Origin: Waterburya sp.
GTDB lineage: Bacteria; Cyanobacteriota; Cyanobacteriia; Cyanobacteriales; Xenococcaceae
NCBI GenBank assembly: GCA_965217895.1
Contig: CBDCJV010000002.1
Location: 1,408,001 to 1,472,000 of the forward strand
DNA: 64,000 nucleotides
Direction of reading: 5' to 3'
Made by a program: the position numbers and the translations under genes. Within the stretch, counting starts at the first letter, position 1. Each line of letters starts with the position of its first letter. The notes beneath the pieces were generated by a model. It was not told the DNA's origin. It did not search any database and saw only the letters and a list, made by a program, of their open reading frames with translations. Shown one piece after another: positions 10,660-21,706 of the stretch.

Positions 10660-11082
10660 ATGTTTCCTATTTTGTTTCTGCGTAGTCGATGGCGAAGATT
10701 GATTAGCGCGACGTTATTTACCGTTATAGCTTTTACCTTTATCCCTTCATCATTACAGGCGCAATCTCCTAAGCCAGGAGCAATTACCCTCAAGTCAGAT
10801 GTTCAAGAATCTGATTCCCAAACGGGTATCATTACTGCTAGAGGTAATGTTCAAATTGATTATCCAGCCCGCCAAATTCAGGCTACTGCTGCTCAGGCAC
10901 AATATTTTAGTCGTGAACGTCGCTTGATTTTGACGGGAAATGTTTATGTGATTCAAGATGGGAACAGTATGCGAGCCGAAAGCATGACCTATTTAATCGA
11001 TGAAGGTCGCTTTGTTGCTACCCCCAAAAGCGATCGCCAAGTAGAATCAACCTATATTATTACCAACCCCAGTGATAATTGA
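10660..11082 (+). CDS. lptA: LptA/OstA family LPS transport protein
   Basis: Signal peptide; ITARGNVQIDYPARQIQATA; LILTGNVYV; adjacent to lptB. Confidence 0.88.
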   Translation: MFPILFLRSRWRRLISATLFTVIAFTFIPSSLQAQSPKPGAITLKSDVQESDSQTGIITARGNVQIDYPARQIQATAAQAQYFSRERRLILTGNVYVIQDGNSMRAESMTYLIDEGRFVATPKSDRQVESTYIITNPSDN

Positions 11083-11092
11083 TAATTGATAA

Positions 11093-11839
11093 TTGATAAT
11101 TGAAAAGCCTGTGGCACTAATTTTAGAGAATATCCATAAATCTTATGGCAAAAGATATATAGTTAACCGCGTCAATCTTCGGGTGTCCCCAGGAGAAGTT
11201 GTCGGACTACTTGGCCCTAACGGTGCAGGAAAAACTACCACTTTTTACATAGCTACAGGCTTAGTCAAGCCCGACGAGGGAACAGTCAAGTTAAATGAGC
11301 GTAATATAACCACTTTGGCACTCCACAAACGGGCGCGTTTGGGTATAGGATATCTAACTCAACAGGCAAGTATTTTCCGCAATCTCAGCGTTCGGGATAA
11401 TATTTTACTGGTTTTAGAACAAACAGGAATTCCTCGTCCCGCTCGCCCGATTCGTTTAGCACAATTAATGAGAGAGTTTCGCTTAGAAAGAGTAGCCAAT
11501 ACTTTAGGATCTCTGGTTTCGGGTGGAGAGAGAAGACGGACAGAATTAGCCAGAGCTTTAGCAGCAGGGTTAGACGGTCCTAAATATTTGTTATTAGATG
11601 AACCTTTTGCCGGAATCGATCCGATTGCGGTGGCGGAGATACAGGACATTATTGCTCAATTGCGCGATCGCCAAATTGGTATCTTAATTACCGACCATAA
11701 TTTTCGGGAAACTTTAGCCATCACTGACCGCGCCTATGTAATGCGAGATGGTCAAATTTTAGCCTCTGGTGCAGCAGAAGAACTGTATAACAATCCCTTA
11801 GTCAAACAATATTATCTGGGAGATAAGTTTCAAAAATAG
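11093..11839 (+). CDS. lptB: LPS export ABC ATPase
   Basis: GPNGAGKT, SGGERRR, LLDEPFAGIDP, ITDHN. Confidence 0.95.
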   Translation: MIIEKPVALILENIHKSYGKRYIVNRVNLRVSPGEVVGLLGPNGAGKTTTFYIATGLVKPDEGTVKLNERNITTLALHKRARLGIGYLTQQASIFRNLSVRDNILLVLEQTGIPRPARPIRLAQLMREFRLERVANTLGSLVSGGERRRTELARALAAGLDGPKYLLLDEPFAGIDPIAVAEIQDIIAQLRDRQIGILITDHNFRETLAITDRAYVMRDGQILASGAAEELYNNPLVKQYYLGDKFQK

Positions 11840-11883
11840 ACCTAATACTAATACTAAATCCGATTTGAACAGAACATTTTAAG

Positions 11884-11926
11884 TAACAGTTAGGACAGTT
11901 AAGCAGTTAGAACAGTTAGAGCAGTT
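11884..11926 (+). repeat. Imperfect 9-bp tandem repeat, about 5 copies of ..CAGTTA..
   Basis: aacagttaggacagttaagcagttagaacagttagagcagttg. Confidence 0.7.
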
Positions 11927-12237
11927 GAAAAGCCTAATTTACCGTTGATTATCTTCAACTCAGGAAGGGCTTCGATAGCTGTTTTTCGTTAATAATTAAA
12001 TTTTGTCCGAACTATTATTAAGGTGATTTAATTTATCTAATCTGAGTTCGGTTTTAGACTCAGGAACGGTCACATCTATCATCTATACTTTACTTTGTTA
12101 AAATAAGGTATTCTGTAGCTCTAATTAAAGAATTTTTTCTCGTTCTTCATTCAGCAACTCTTTTTATCCTAATATTTTGTCCAATAAAAACAGAAGTTTT
12201 CCATGAGTTGACAAAAGACGCATTTTTGGATCTGAAA

Positions 12238-12390
12238 TTGACTGCTCACCGCCCTAAAAGGAATCGGTGATTCTAGTTCTTAGTAATTAGTTGTTAGTAG
12301 TCAATTTGCTACTAAAGACTAGCCAAGGGGTACTCCCCGCAGGGACTCAATCGTGCTAAAGCACGGGGTTTTAAACCCATCTATTAAATG
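12238..12390 (-). mobile_element. Non-autonomous IS200/IS605-type mini-element
   Basis: Minus strand TTAT|catttaatagatgggtttaaaaccccgtg...gaatcaccgattccttttagggcggtgagcagTCAA; both ends shared with 43008-43206. Confidence 0.8.
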
Positions 12391-12513
12391 ATAAAAGTGA
12401 TTGATCGCGACCGCGTGAATATGCTACTTGCATCCTCAAAAAGTCGCTTAAATGCGAGAGTGTGCCTTTCTGTCGGTGAAACAGCCCACTAAAATCCATA
12501 GTTTAAACTTTTT

Positions 12514-12981
12514 ATGCCCTTGTCAAACATGAGGAAAGCTAAACAATCATTAACTATTGGTTGGCGAGAAATTCTATCGTTGCCAGCGTTGAATGTTGCT
12601 CGCGTCAAAGCCAAAATTGATACAGGAGCGCGCACTTCTGCTCTGCACGCTTTTAATTGCCAGGAATTTAAACTAGAAGATAAGTCAATGATTCGCTTTG
12701 AGATTCATCCTGTGCAGCGTAATAATAAAAAAACTATACTGGCTGAGGCGCAATTATTAGAATATCGCCAAGTACGCAGTTCGGGAGGTCACGCGCAAAC
12801 TAGACCCGTCATTCTTACGGATGTCAGACTAGGTGAACAACAATGGCAAATAGAGCTAACTTTAACCAACCGTGACGTGATGGGATTTCGGATGCTGCTA
12901 GGTAGACAAGCTGTACGCGATCGCTTTTTAGTCAATCCTGGTAAATCCTATTTACAAAGTGACAACCACGAACATTCATAA
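12514..12981 (+). CDS. RimK-associated putative ATP-dependent zinc/aspartic protease
   Basis: IGWRE, AKIDTGARTSALHA, MLLGR. Confidence 0.9.
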   Translation: MPLSNMRKAKQSLTIGWREILSLPALNVARVKAKIDTGARTSALHAFNCQEFKLEDKSMIRFEIHPVQRNNKKTILAEAQLLEYRQVRSSGGHAQTRPVILTDVRLGEQQWQIELTLTNRDVMGFRMLLGRQAVRDRFLVNPGKSYLQSDNHEHS

Positions 12982-13001
12982 TTTAATAAAAAAACAAGCA
13001 A

Positions 13002-13907
13002 ATGAAAATTGCTATTTTGTCTCAAGATGGTTCTTTATACTCCACTAGAAGATTAAGAGAGGCTGGCGAAGAACAAGGACACCAAATGCGGATCATTCCC
13101 TATTTGCGTTGCTATATGAATATTACATCTAGTCGTCCTAGCATTATTTTTAACGGCAATCCTTTAGAAAATTTTGATGCCATCATTCCTCGTATTGGTG
13201 CATCAAGAACCTTTTACGGTACTGCTGTAGTCAGACAATTTGAAGTTATGGGAGTCTTTAGCTGCAACGAATCCCAGGCAATCTCCCGCAGTCGTGACAA
13301 GCTGCGCTGTTTGCAAATTCTTGCCAGGGAAGGGATTGGACTACCTATAACTGGTTTTGCCCATGCAACCCAAGACATTGATGGTCTGATCGAAACAGTA
13401 GGAGGCGCACCATTAGTAATCAAACTTTTGGAAGGAACTCAAGGAATTGGGGTAGTCTTAGCCGAAACCTATCAGGCTGCTAAGTCTGTGATTGAAGCTT
13501 TTAGAGGCTTAGATGCCAATATTTTAGTCCAAGAATATATTAAAGAAGCGGGAGGGGCGGATCTACGTTGCTTTGTAATTGGTGGCAAAGTGATTGCAGC
13601 TATGAAACGTCAGGGGGTAAAAGGCGAATTTCGCTCTAATCTCCACCGAGGCGGAAAAGCAGAAAAGATACAGCTTTCTAAAGAGGAGGAAACAACGGCA
13701 CTTAGGGCAGCTAAAGCCATGGGTTTAAATGTCGCTGGGGTTGACTTACTCCGCTCAAATCATGGACCTGTACTGATGGAGGTAAATTCTTCTCCTGGTT
13801 TAGAAGGAATTGAAAAGGCTACAGGTATAGATGTGGCGGGGGAAGTGATTAAATACATTGTGCAAAATGCAGCTAATGCAGACACCAAAGATAATATTAA
13901 ATACTAA
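13002..13907 (+). CDS. rimK: Ribosomal protein S6-L-glutamate ligase
   Basis: ATP-grasp; [28 protein letters not shown]. Confidence 0.96.
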   Translation: MKIAILSQDGSLYSTRRLREAGEEQGHQMRIIPYLRCYMNITSSRPSIIFNGNPLENFDAIIPRIGASRTFYGTAVVRQFEVMGVFSCNESQAISRSRDKLRCLQILAREGIGLPITGFAHATQDIDGLIETVGGAPLVIKLLEGTQGIGVVLAETYQAAKSVIEAFRGLDANILVQEYIKEAGGADLRCFVIGGKVIAAMKRQGVKGEFRSNLHRGGKAEKIQLSKEEETTALRAAKAMGLNVAGVDLLRSNHGPVLMEVNSSPGLEGIEKATGIDVAGEVIKYIVQNAANADTKDNIKY

Positions 13908-13913
13908 TAGTGT

Positions 13914-14279
13914 TTAAGTTAAATCAAAGCAGCTAAGGGCAGCAACTATTTTAGGGGCTGTACCTTCTGTCCAGTTTCCCTCGCAACGGCGATCGCCATG
14001 AAGAATTATTCTCAAGGTATAACTGTGGGGATATCCTTCTACTTCTAGCCACAGGCGATCGCTTTGCGCTTCGCAACTAATTCTTTCTTCGTCCATCAAC
14101 TCAGCTTCCATTTCTCTCATGGTATTAACTAGCTGAGTTAATAAACTATAAAAATCATTTAATTCGGCTTTAGTAAGCTCAATTGCCCAACTGTCTGCAC
14201 CTAATAAACCTTGATATTTTGAACCATGAGGATGCCAGCCAACACGCCAACCATCCCCTCTTTTCATAAAGCGTGACAA
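13914..14279 (-). CDS. DUF1818-like conserved cyanobacterial protein
   Basis: GWRVGW..WAIELT..ELMDEERI..LWLEVEG. Confidence 0.75.
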   Translation of the reverse strand: MSRFMKRGDGWRVGWHPHGSKYQGLLGADSWAIELTKAELNDFYSLLTQLVNTMREMEAELMDEERISCEAQSDRLWLEVEGYPHSYTLRIILHGDRRCEGNWTEGTAPKIVAALSCFDLT

Positions 14280-14332
14280 TGTTTTTTGCTTTTAGTTTAA
14301 TCTGAACCAGAAATTGAGAACTAGCAATTTAC

Positions 14333-14572
14333 TTAGTCACCAATAATTTCTGGCTGAGTTAATTCGTCTGACATTTCGATAATGGCGCGAATTACAGGTT
14401 TCATAGTTGGATCGTCAAAATTTTCAAGTTCTTCATAACGACGGCGTTTAGCGCGATTTGCTACCTGGACAGTGATACGGTAGCGATTAGAAGCAGCACT
14501 AACTAGTTCTTCAGAACGATACATGATTTGAGAGGAGTTAAAAGAACTTTTTCTTTGCATTGATATAGACAT
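14333..14572 (-). CDS. rpoZ: RNA polymerase omega subunit
   Basis: [33 protein letters not shown]. Confidence 0.95.
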   Translation of the reverse strand: MSISMQRKSSFNSSQIMYRSEELVSAASNRYRITVQVANRAKRRRYEELENFDDPTMKPVIRAIIEMSDELTQPEIIGD

Positions 14573-14645
14573 CCTTTGTATGAATATTTGTATTCTAACA
14601 AAGGATGATCTTTAATATTTTTGGTGGTCCTAAAAAGGTCTAATC

Positions 14646-15630
14646 TCAGATCAGATCGCTAGATTCGATTGGATTGAATCCTGGTTCTACATTTTCTAAT
14701 ATCGCTAATTCAGTTTCGCCTAGATTTAACGTATTATCATTAGTGTTAAAGTTCAATGATTCGAGAGAAGATATACCCAACTCAACACTTGAAAGTTGAA
14801 TCCTATCACCTTCTGCGGAATTAAAGTCAGTAATGTTGTCTATACCACCAAAACGACAGCAAAAATATCAGCACCACCATTGCCAGTTAGAGTGTTGTTA
14901 CCGTCTCTACCAGTCAAGATGTCATTGTTGTTTCCACCAGTCAGACTATCGTCTCCAGCACCGCCATCAGTCACCATGGCAACGTTGCCCAAACTAGCAT
15001 CGAGAAGATCGTTACCGTCTTCACCATTAAAGACAATTTGTTGAACGTCAGTACCAGTTAAATTTTGAACCGTGAGGATGTCGTCACCGCCAGAACTATT
15101 GACTTCAAACCGCTCAACGTTATCTTCGTTTAAAACAAAGTTACCTAAATTGAGTCTTTCAAACTCAACGCGATCGCCGTTGGCTCTTAACTCAAAGTTA
15201 TATCAAGTTCGGATAATTGCTTTAATACAATATGTATCCATGAAATAATTAAAACTGGGTCTAAAAAACTTGCTATCTGCACACGCTGGAGCGTGTCGCC
15301 ATCGCGAAGCGATGTCGGCGTTCTCCAGAACGCGCTACTTGCTACTTGCTACTTTACCTACCTAAATTTAACTCTTCATCCGAACCTAATCTTATCTCCA
15401 TCTTCTAAAGCACCGTTGACTTGGCTAACGTCATTGCCAGCATCACCTTCGATGATGTCGCTCCCGTCACCATTAGCCCAAATAAAGCGATCGTCTCCTT
15501 CACCGCCAGTTAGAATATCATTACCCTTATTGCCGACAACGGTATCGTTACCTGCACCACCACTAAGGGTGTCATTTTCATCAGTCCCACCAATTACATT
15601 ATTAGTATTATCGTCTATTTGATCGTTCAT
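14646..15630 (-). pseudogene. RTX/hemolysin-type Ca-binding repeat protein, disrupted
   Basis: GGxGxD repeats on both sides of a MITE (..LEDGD|NFELRANGDR..); second frameshift near 14850 before GGIDNITDFNSAEGDRIQL. Confidence 0.88.
15201..15391. mobile_element. 191-bp MITE with TTA target duplication
   Basis: TIRs TATCAAGTTCGGAT / rc GATTAGGTTCGGAT; TTA at 15198-15200 and 15392-15394; removing it restores the RTX frame. Confidence 0.85.
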
Positions 15631-15975
15631 AAAAAAGTTATCTCCGAATTATTTTTACAAGTTTATGTATTTGAAAAAACGCAGATATTCAACCAAACTA
15701 TTTAGCATAAATAGCTACAGGTAAAGATATAAAAGCATTAGAAAGCAAAGAGAATTGATGATTTTCTTTAAATCCGCTATTGCTCATAAACCAGTACTTT
15801 CTTTTATAATCTAAACTTCAGAGTTAAGCTTGTCATAACTTCTATGTCTGTAGTGTTAAAAACTATATGTTAGATATTAAAGGAAATCTAAGATAGCAAC
15901 ATCCAACAAAAGTCTCGAATTATCTAAACTAAAGAAATAGAAACTCTCTAACTTTCGCTTACTTCTCAAGTACCT

Positions 15976-18900
15976 TTGCCTAAGACAAAAGTCTTTACTT
16001 TCAATCCGTACCCCTACCTTTCTACCTTTATGTCTAACTTAACCCCAGAACAACAAGCAGCAGCTTATGCACCCTGTAGCGTGGTAATTACTGCGGGGGC
16101 GGGTACGGGAAAGGTACATATGTTGGCAGAGCGATATCTTTATTATCTGCGGTCGAGAAACTTATCACCTTTGGAGATAGTTGCAGTCACCTTTACCGAG
16201 AAGGCTGCGACAGAATTGCGATCGCGCATCCGAACCCTAGTCAGTCAACAATTACCTCAACGTTTAGATTTATTAGCCGAATTAGAAGCTGCTCAAATAA
16301 GTACTATTCATGCTCTTTCAGCCCGTGTCTGTCAAGAACACTTTCAGGTAATTAATATCCCAGCAGATTTTCAGGTACTAAATGATTTAGAAGGACAGGT
16401 CTGGTCAAAAGATGCTTTACAAAATGCTTTAACTCAATTACCTCCAGAGATTTTTCAAGCAATTCCCTACTCTTTGTTGCAGGATGTATTAAATAAACTT
16501 TTAGACGATCCTTACACGGCTGATAAGGCTTTGAGACAGGGTATCCAAGATTGGTCACAGCTAATTGTAGATGCTCGAACTAAAGCTGTAAAAATAATTG
16601 TTGGCGATCGCTCATGGCAAGAAACTCAAACTGCGCTAAAACAGCATCGGGGAAAAGAAGGGGACAAGCTAGAGGTAATTCGTCAGTCTGTTATCGAAGC
16701 GATGGAAAATCTCGAAGAAAAAGAAAATATTAATGCTGCCATTGAAACTATTGACAAAGTTAATCTAAGAGTCGGCAGTCAAAAGAATTGGCAGGGTGAT
16801 GATCTAAAGACAGTTAAAGAAGCATTAAGAATTCTTCGAGAGTGTGTTAAAAAAGTCATTAATCAAGGTTTACTAAATTTAGCCTTAAGCAATGCTGATG
16901 AACAATTGAAGCTAATGCTTCCTGCTTTGAGCGAAGCCTATCAAGAAGTTACAAGTTATTTAAGTCGCCTTAAGCTGCAAAAGAAAGTACTTACCTTTAG
17001 CGATCTAGAAATATATGCGTTACGAGCTTTAGAGCATATTCAGGTACAGGACTATTATCACCAACGTTGGCAGGTATTCCTAGTAGATGAGTTTCAGGAT
17101 ACAAACCCGACTCAGGCAGAGTTACTTACTACCCTAACAGCAGAAGCTAAGTTAACTATAGTCGGAGATATCAAACAGTCAATTTATGGCTTTCGACGGG
17201 CAGATATTGGCGTTTTTCAACAGTTTCGCGATCGCATTTTAGCCAACAATGGTAAGGAAATTATTCTCAGCACTAGCTTTCGCACTCATCAAGCTTTGAT
17301 TAACAGTTTTAATCAAATTTTTGCGCTTTTACTGGCAGAAAATCATCAGGATTTAAATGCCTATCGTCAGGAAACTCCGATTCAAAGTGAAGGAGAAAAC
17401 TATAACTATCTGCAAGTATTGACTATTGGCGATCCATTCTTGAAGCAGTCGCTCATGGGGGAAACCCCCAAGACCGCGCTGCTTCGCTTCTATCAGGAGG
17501 GAGAAGAAAAACCACCCAAGCTGAATAAGTCTCAACGTCAGCGAGTCGAGGCATATTGTTTGGCAGAAAGAATCAAGCAGATGCTAGACAATAAAACTCC
17601 CGTCTTTGATAAGCAAACTAGACAGACTCGCCCTATTCAACCAAAAGATATTGCTATTCTGACTCGTACTTGGCAACCTCTAGAAATTTATAGTGAAGCT
17701 CTATCTTCTATGGGGATTGCCGTTGCCCCAGCAGGAGGAGGAAATTTATTAGCTACTAGAGAAGCCAAAGACGCTAGCGCAATATCATCCTTTGGGTTAG
17801 CCAAAGGATGATATTGCTTTGGTGGCAGTGTTGCGAAGTCCCTTTTTTCCTACGAGCGATCGCCTTTTATTTCAAATCCGCAATTCGTTTACAAGAGCCG
17901 ATCTCGACAGTTTTTGGTGGGATGAATTACCAGCATTTGAGCATTCTGAATTAGAACATCCTGTAAAAATATTGCAGCAGTTATTAAAGTGTCGTCAGTC
18001 GGAAACACCGTCTCGTATTTTGCAGATATGCGATCGCCTAACGGGATACACGGCAGTAATTGCTAACCTTGCTGGAGGTCAACGCAGACTAGCAGACTGG
18101 CAGGGTTTTCAGCAGCTAGTTAAAGATTTAGAACAGGGTACTTACGATTTATTTGGGGTAGTACGTCGCCTTAAACGTTTATACGATCGAGAAGTGGCAG
18201 TATCTCGTCCAGTACTTGCAGCAACAAATGCTGTTTCTTTGATGACTATTTTTGCCTCCAAGGGTTTAGAGTGGTCTTTGGTTATAGTTGCTGACTTGAG
18301 TAAAGAACGTCCTAAGTTTTCGCCCAATGTTTATTTTGATGCTCAATTGGGAGTAGCGGTTAAAAGTAAGGATGCTCAAGGAGAGATGCAAAAACCAGTG
18401 CTGTATAGCTGGCTAGCATATCTACAAGAACAAAAAGATAGAGAAGAAGCAGTTAGAGTATTATACGTGGCACTAACTAGAGCCAGAGATTATTTGATTC
18501 TTAGTGCTGCCGAACCCTATAAAGGAGAATTAAATCGCCTTCAGCCTGGCTTAACGGCTGCGTCTATTTCCACTCTCACCATTCCCTATACCGATGGTAA
18601 AGCTTTACCTCCTTTGCCTCAAACCCCGCCTATTGCCAAACATTTGCCATCTTTATTGCTCAATTCTGTTGGTTCAGGATTATCAGAACTGACTGTGACG
18701 GCATTAACTGACTATGCAAGATGTCCTCAACGGTTTAAGCTTCGTCTCATTGATGGACATCCAGGTTTAGGAGAAGGACTGGCTTACGGAATGCAAATCG
18801 GTACTTTGGTTCACAAAGCCTTAGAGAATAATATTACCCAGGCTCAAGCTTTATTACCCTTTGCCGAGGGAGATTGGTCACAAGATGTATTTGAGCAGGC

Positions 18901-19318
18901 GATCGCCCTAGCGCAAAGATTCTTTCAATTGCCTATATATCAGCACTTTCGTCATACCGCAGTTGCCAAGGAACAGCAAATTAGTTTGCAGCTAGGAAAG
19001 CTAACCTTTAACGGTGTAGTCGATCTCGTAGGTGATAACTGGGTACTAGACTACAAAAGCGATCGCGCTATGCACCCAGCCGATCATCGTTTTCAACTTT
19101 GGGTCTATGCCCAAGCCCTAAAACACCCTAACGCACATATAGTCTATCTACGTCACGATCGTATCCATAGCTTTACTAAAGATGATCTGGCGGCGATCGC
19201 CCCACAGGCAAACAATTTGGCACAACAAATTTATCAGGGGAACTATACCGCTACTCCGACTTTAGAAAAATGCGCTTTCTGTCCTTATCTCGCCTTCTGC
19301 GACGATGCCATGATCTAG
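15976..19318 (+). pseudogene. AddA/UvrD-like helicase with C-terminal PD-(D/E)XK nuclease, frameshifted into ORFs 15976-17811 and 17819-19318
   Basis: AGAGTGK, VTFTEKAA, VDEFQD, VGDIKQSIYGFR; then LMTIFASKGLE, LYVALTRA, GVVDL..LDYKS and Cys cluster; probable start ATG 16030. Confidence 0.85.
17435..17485. repeat. 51-bp small dispersed repeat inserted in-frame in a HIP1 site
   Basis: GCGATC[cattcttgaagcagtcgctcatgggggaaacccccaagaccgcgctgcttc]GC; hairpin arms GAAGCAG/CTGCTTC and GGGG-GAAA-CCCC. Confidence 0.8.
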
Positions 19319-19333
19319 TAGGGGCGATTCGCT

Positions 19334-19546
19334 CTAGGCTTCGTCGTATGCTTCTATATCCAATAGATGAACATAGGGTTCAGCTAATTCTTCTCTCTGA
19401 AAGGCGATCGCCCGAAGTAAATGCCAATCTTCTAAAGCCGCAAAAGGAGTATCATATTCATCTTGCTCTAAACGGCTAGCAATGGTCGCCACATCTTCTT
19501 CGGTCATTTTAACGATGTTTTGCTTGATCAACCTTAAAGTAGTCAT
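19334..19546 (-). CDS. DUF2555-like small conserved cyanobacterial protein
   Basis: RLEQDEY..PF..LEDWHLLRAIAFQR..EPYVHLLD. Confidence 0.75.
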   Translation of the reverse strand: MTTLRLIKQNIVKMTEEDVATIASRLEQDEYDTPFAALEDWHLLRAIAFQREELAEPYVHLLDIEAYDEA

Positions 19547-19727
19547 TAGCTATACTTCCTAATTAAAGTTAAAAACCTGAGTCGCTTTAATAAGAAAATT
19601 CTAACCTAATTCGCTCCTACTTTATTATTGATGAAATAAATATTCTCATCCCAATTTCGGCGCGATACAACATTGAGTTCAGGTTTGCTATTAGTGAGTT
19701 ATTCTGGTATTTTTCTTACTGGATCTT

Positions 19728-21113
19728 ATGGCTTCAGAAAAGTTTAGGTATCAGCTACGCCAAGAAGCAAGGCAATGGCAAGAGGAAGGTTTAATTAGTC
19801 CAGATGTATATGAACAATTAGCGACTCGTTATCGTTTGCAAGAGTTAGATTCGGCTTCGCGCGATCGCTTTATTGTTATTGTCTTGGGACTAGGCTTTAT
19901 TCTTCTGGGTTTAGGAATCATTACTTTTGTGGCTGCTAACTGGCAAGCATGGTCTAGACCAATTAAGGTCTTATTGCTGCTGAGTTTATTTATCGGTACT
20001 AACTGGGCAGGATTTTATCTATGGAGATCGCCTGATAAGCGCAAATCGCGTCTAGGACAAGGATTGTTACTGCTTGCTGCTTTAAGCTTGGGGGCAAATC
20101 TAGGCTTAATGTCTCAGATGTTTCATCAGACTGGCGCAGCCTATACCTTGTATCTAATTTGGGGTTTGGGAGTCTGGACGATGGCTTTTGGTTTGAGATT
20201 GACCTCATTGGGGTTAACGGCGGTTATCTTGATGGCGATCGCCTACTGCTTAGGAATCTTCCAAGATACGATTTGGAATAGGGCAGATTTGGGATTAGTC
20301 ATGGAGCAAATGTCCCTAATTATCGCCTTCCTTTTCATTCCTTTAGCTTATTATTGTCGCTCTCGTTGGATTTTTGGTCTAAGTTTAGTTTTAGTGGTTT
20401 CAGCTTTGGGAATAAATTTAGCACACTACTTAGATATCGCCGATCTATCTAATAAAAGCTTTCTTCCTGCCTTCTTATTTGTTCTTCCTCCAGGTTTACT
20501 CTGGAGTTATCGCGATAATTTACTATTTTCTAATTTAGATCTTAATTTTGATTCGATCAATCGTAAGCTGGCGGTTTTTTATTTAGGCACTCTATTTTAT
20601 CTGTGTTCATTTAACTTCTGGGATGACAATTTCGATTCCGATCGATCTGGTAAATTCATCGATTTTGTTCCTTGGTCATCGTTAATTGCACCAGCTATCT
20701 TTACTATTTTTGGCATTTGGGCTTGGTGGCAATTAGGAGTTAGAAGGACTAGCAATTTACCTTGGAGACTCGATCGCAACTCCACTTATGTTGGTGTAAC
20801 TTTAATATTTTTATTTGGCTTGATTTGGTTTAATCTCGCCGTAAGTCCATTGGGTATAGCGGGAACAATAATCTTTAACCTGCTGCTATTTTCCGTAGCG
20901 ATAATCTTGATTAGTCAGTCAGTGAAGGAAGGACAAAGATTTAACTTTTGGCTAGGAATAATTTTACTGATTCTGCAAATTTTCTCACGGATGTTTGAAT
21001 ATAACACCGATCTAATTTTAAAGGCGATCGCTCTCTTTATCTGCGGTATTGCTGCAATTTTAGCTGGGCTATGGTTTGAGCGTTATTTAAGTAATCTAAA
21101 TTCTTCAACTTAA
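19728..21113 (+). CDS. DUF2157 membrane protein
   Basis: WQEEGLIS, FVAANW, multi-TM; paired with a GDYXXLXY gene. Confidence 0.85.
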   Translation: MASEKFRYQLRQEARQWQEEGLISPDVYEQLATRYRLQELDSASRDRFIVIVLGLGFILLGLGIITFVAANWQAWSRPIKVLLLLSLFIGTNWAGFYLWRSPDKRKSRLGQGLLLLAALSLGANLGLMSQMFHQTGAAYTLYLIWGLGVWTMAFGLRLTSLGLTAVILMAIAYCLGIFQDTIWNRADLGLVMEQMSLIIAFLFIPLAYYCRSRWIFGLSLVLVVSALGINLAHYLDIADLSNKSFLPAFLFVLPPGLLWSYRDNLLFSNLDLNFDSINRKLAVFYLGTLFYLCSFNFWDDNFDSDRSGKFIDFVPWSSLIAPAIFTIFGIWAWWQLGVRRTSNLPWRLDRNSTYVGVTLIFLFGLIWFNLAVSPLGIAGTIIFNLLLFSVAIILISQSVKEGQRFNFWLGIILLILQIFSRMFEYNTDLILKAIALFICGIAAILAGLWFERYLSNLNSST

Positions 21114-21118
21114 TTATT

Positions 21119-21706
21119 ATGAACACTTCTAGAATATCTAATTTCCCTTGGTGGCGATTTCTCTTACCTTTCGGTTTGCAGTTGGGGATAATTTTGCTTG
21201 TCCCTGCCAAAAGTGCCTATACTTATAATTTTGGCAAACAAGCTGTGGTACAAACCATGCCTGTAGATCCCTATGATTTACTGCGGGGATATTCTCAAAC
21301 TCTCAGTTATGACATATCTCGTACTTCGGATTTAAAACAGTTTTTTGGAGGGGACGATTTAGCTGAAGGCGAAATTTTTTATTTAATTCTCGAACCAAAT
21401 ATTGCAGAAGTCAAACTATCACCTTCTCCCTCAAAAATAATTAGAGTAGCTAAAAATTTACCGCAAGATCTAAGTGCAAATCAAGTTGCTCTCAAAGGAA
21501 AAGTTAAGCAATACGGTCAAGTAAGCTATGGTTTGGAAACTTACTATATGCCAGAAAGCCAAAGAAAGAAAATTAATCAAGAAATTAGAGAATTGGAGCG
21601 TGACTCTCAAGGTAAAAGACCATTTGTAGTCGAGATAAAGGTCGATCGCTGGGGAAATTCTGTCCCCGTTAGTCTTTGGATAGGCAAGAAAAACTACAAA
21701 TTTTAA
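21119..21706 (+). CDS. GDYXXLXY domain protein
   Basis: PVDPYDLLRGYSQTLSY; YGLETYYMPE. Confidence 0.85.
   Translation: MNTSRISNFPWWRFLLPFGLQLGIILLVPAKSAYTYNFGKQAVVQTMPVDPYDLLRGYSQTLSYDISRTSDLKQFFGGDDLAEGEIFYLILEPNIAEVKLSPSPSKIIRVAKNLPQDLSANQVALKGKVKQYGQVSYGLETYYMPESQRKKINQEIRELERDSQGKRPFVVEIKVDRWGNSVPVSLWIGKKNYKF

Noticed and set aside
14796..15622. Plus-strand ORFs 14796-15044 and 15293-15622
   Set aside because: Antisense shadows of RTX repeats and MITE sequence
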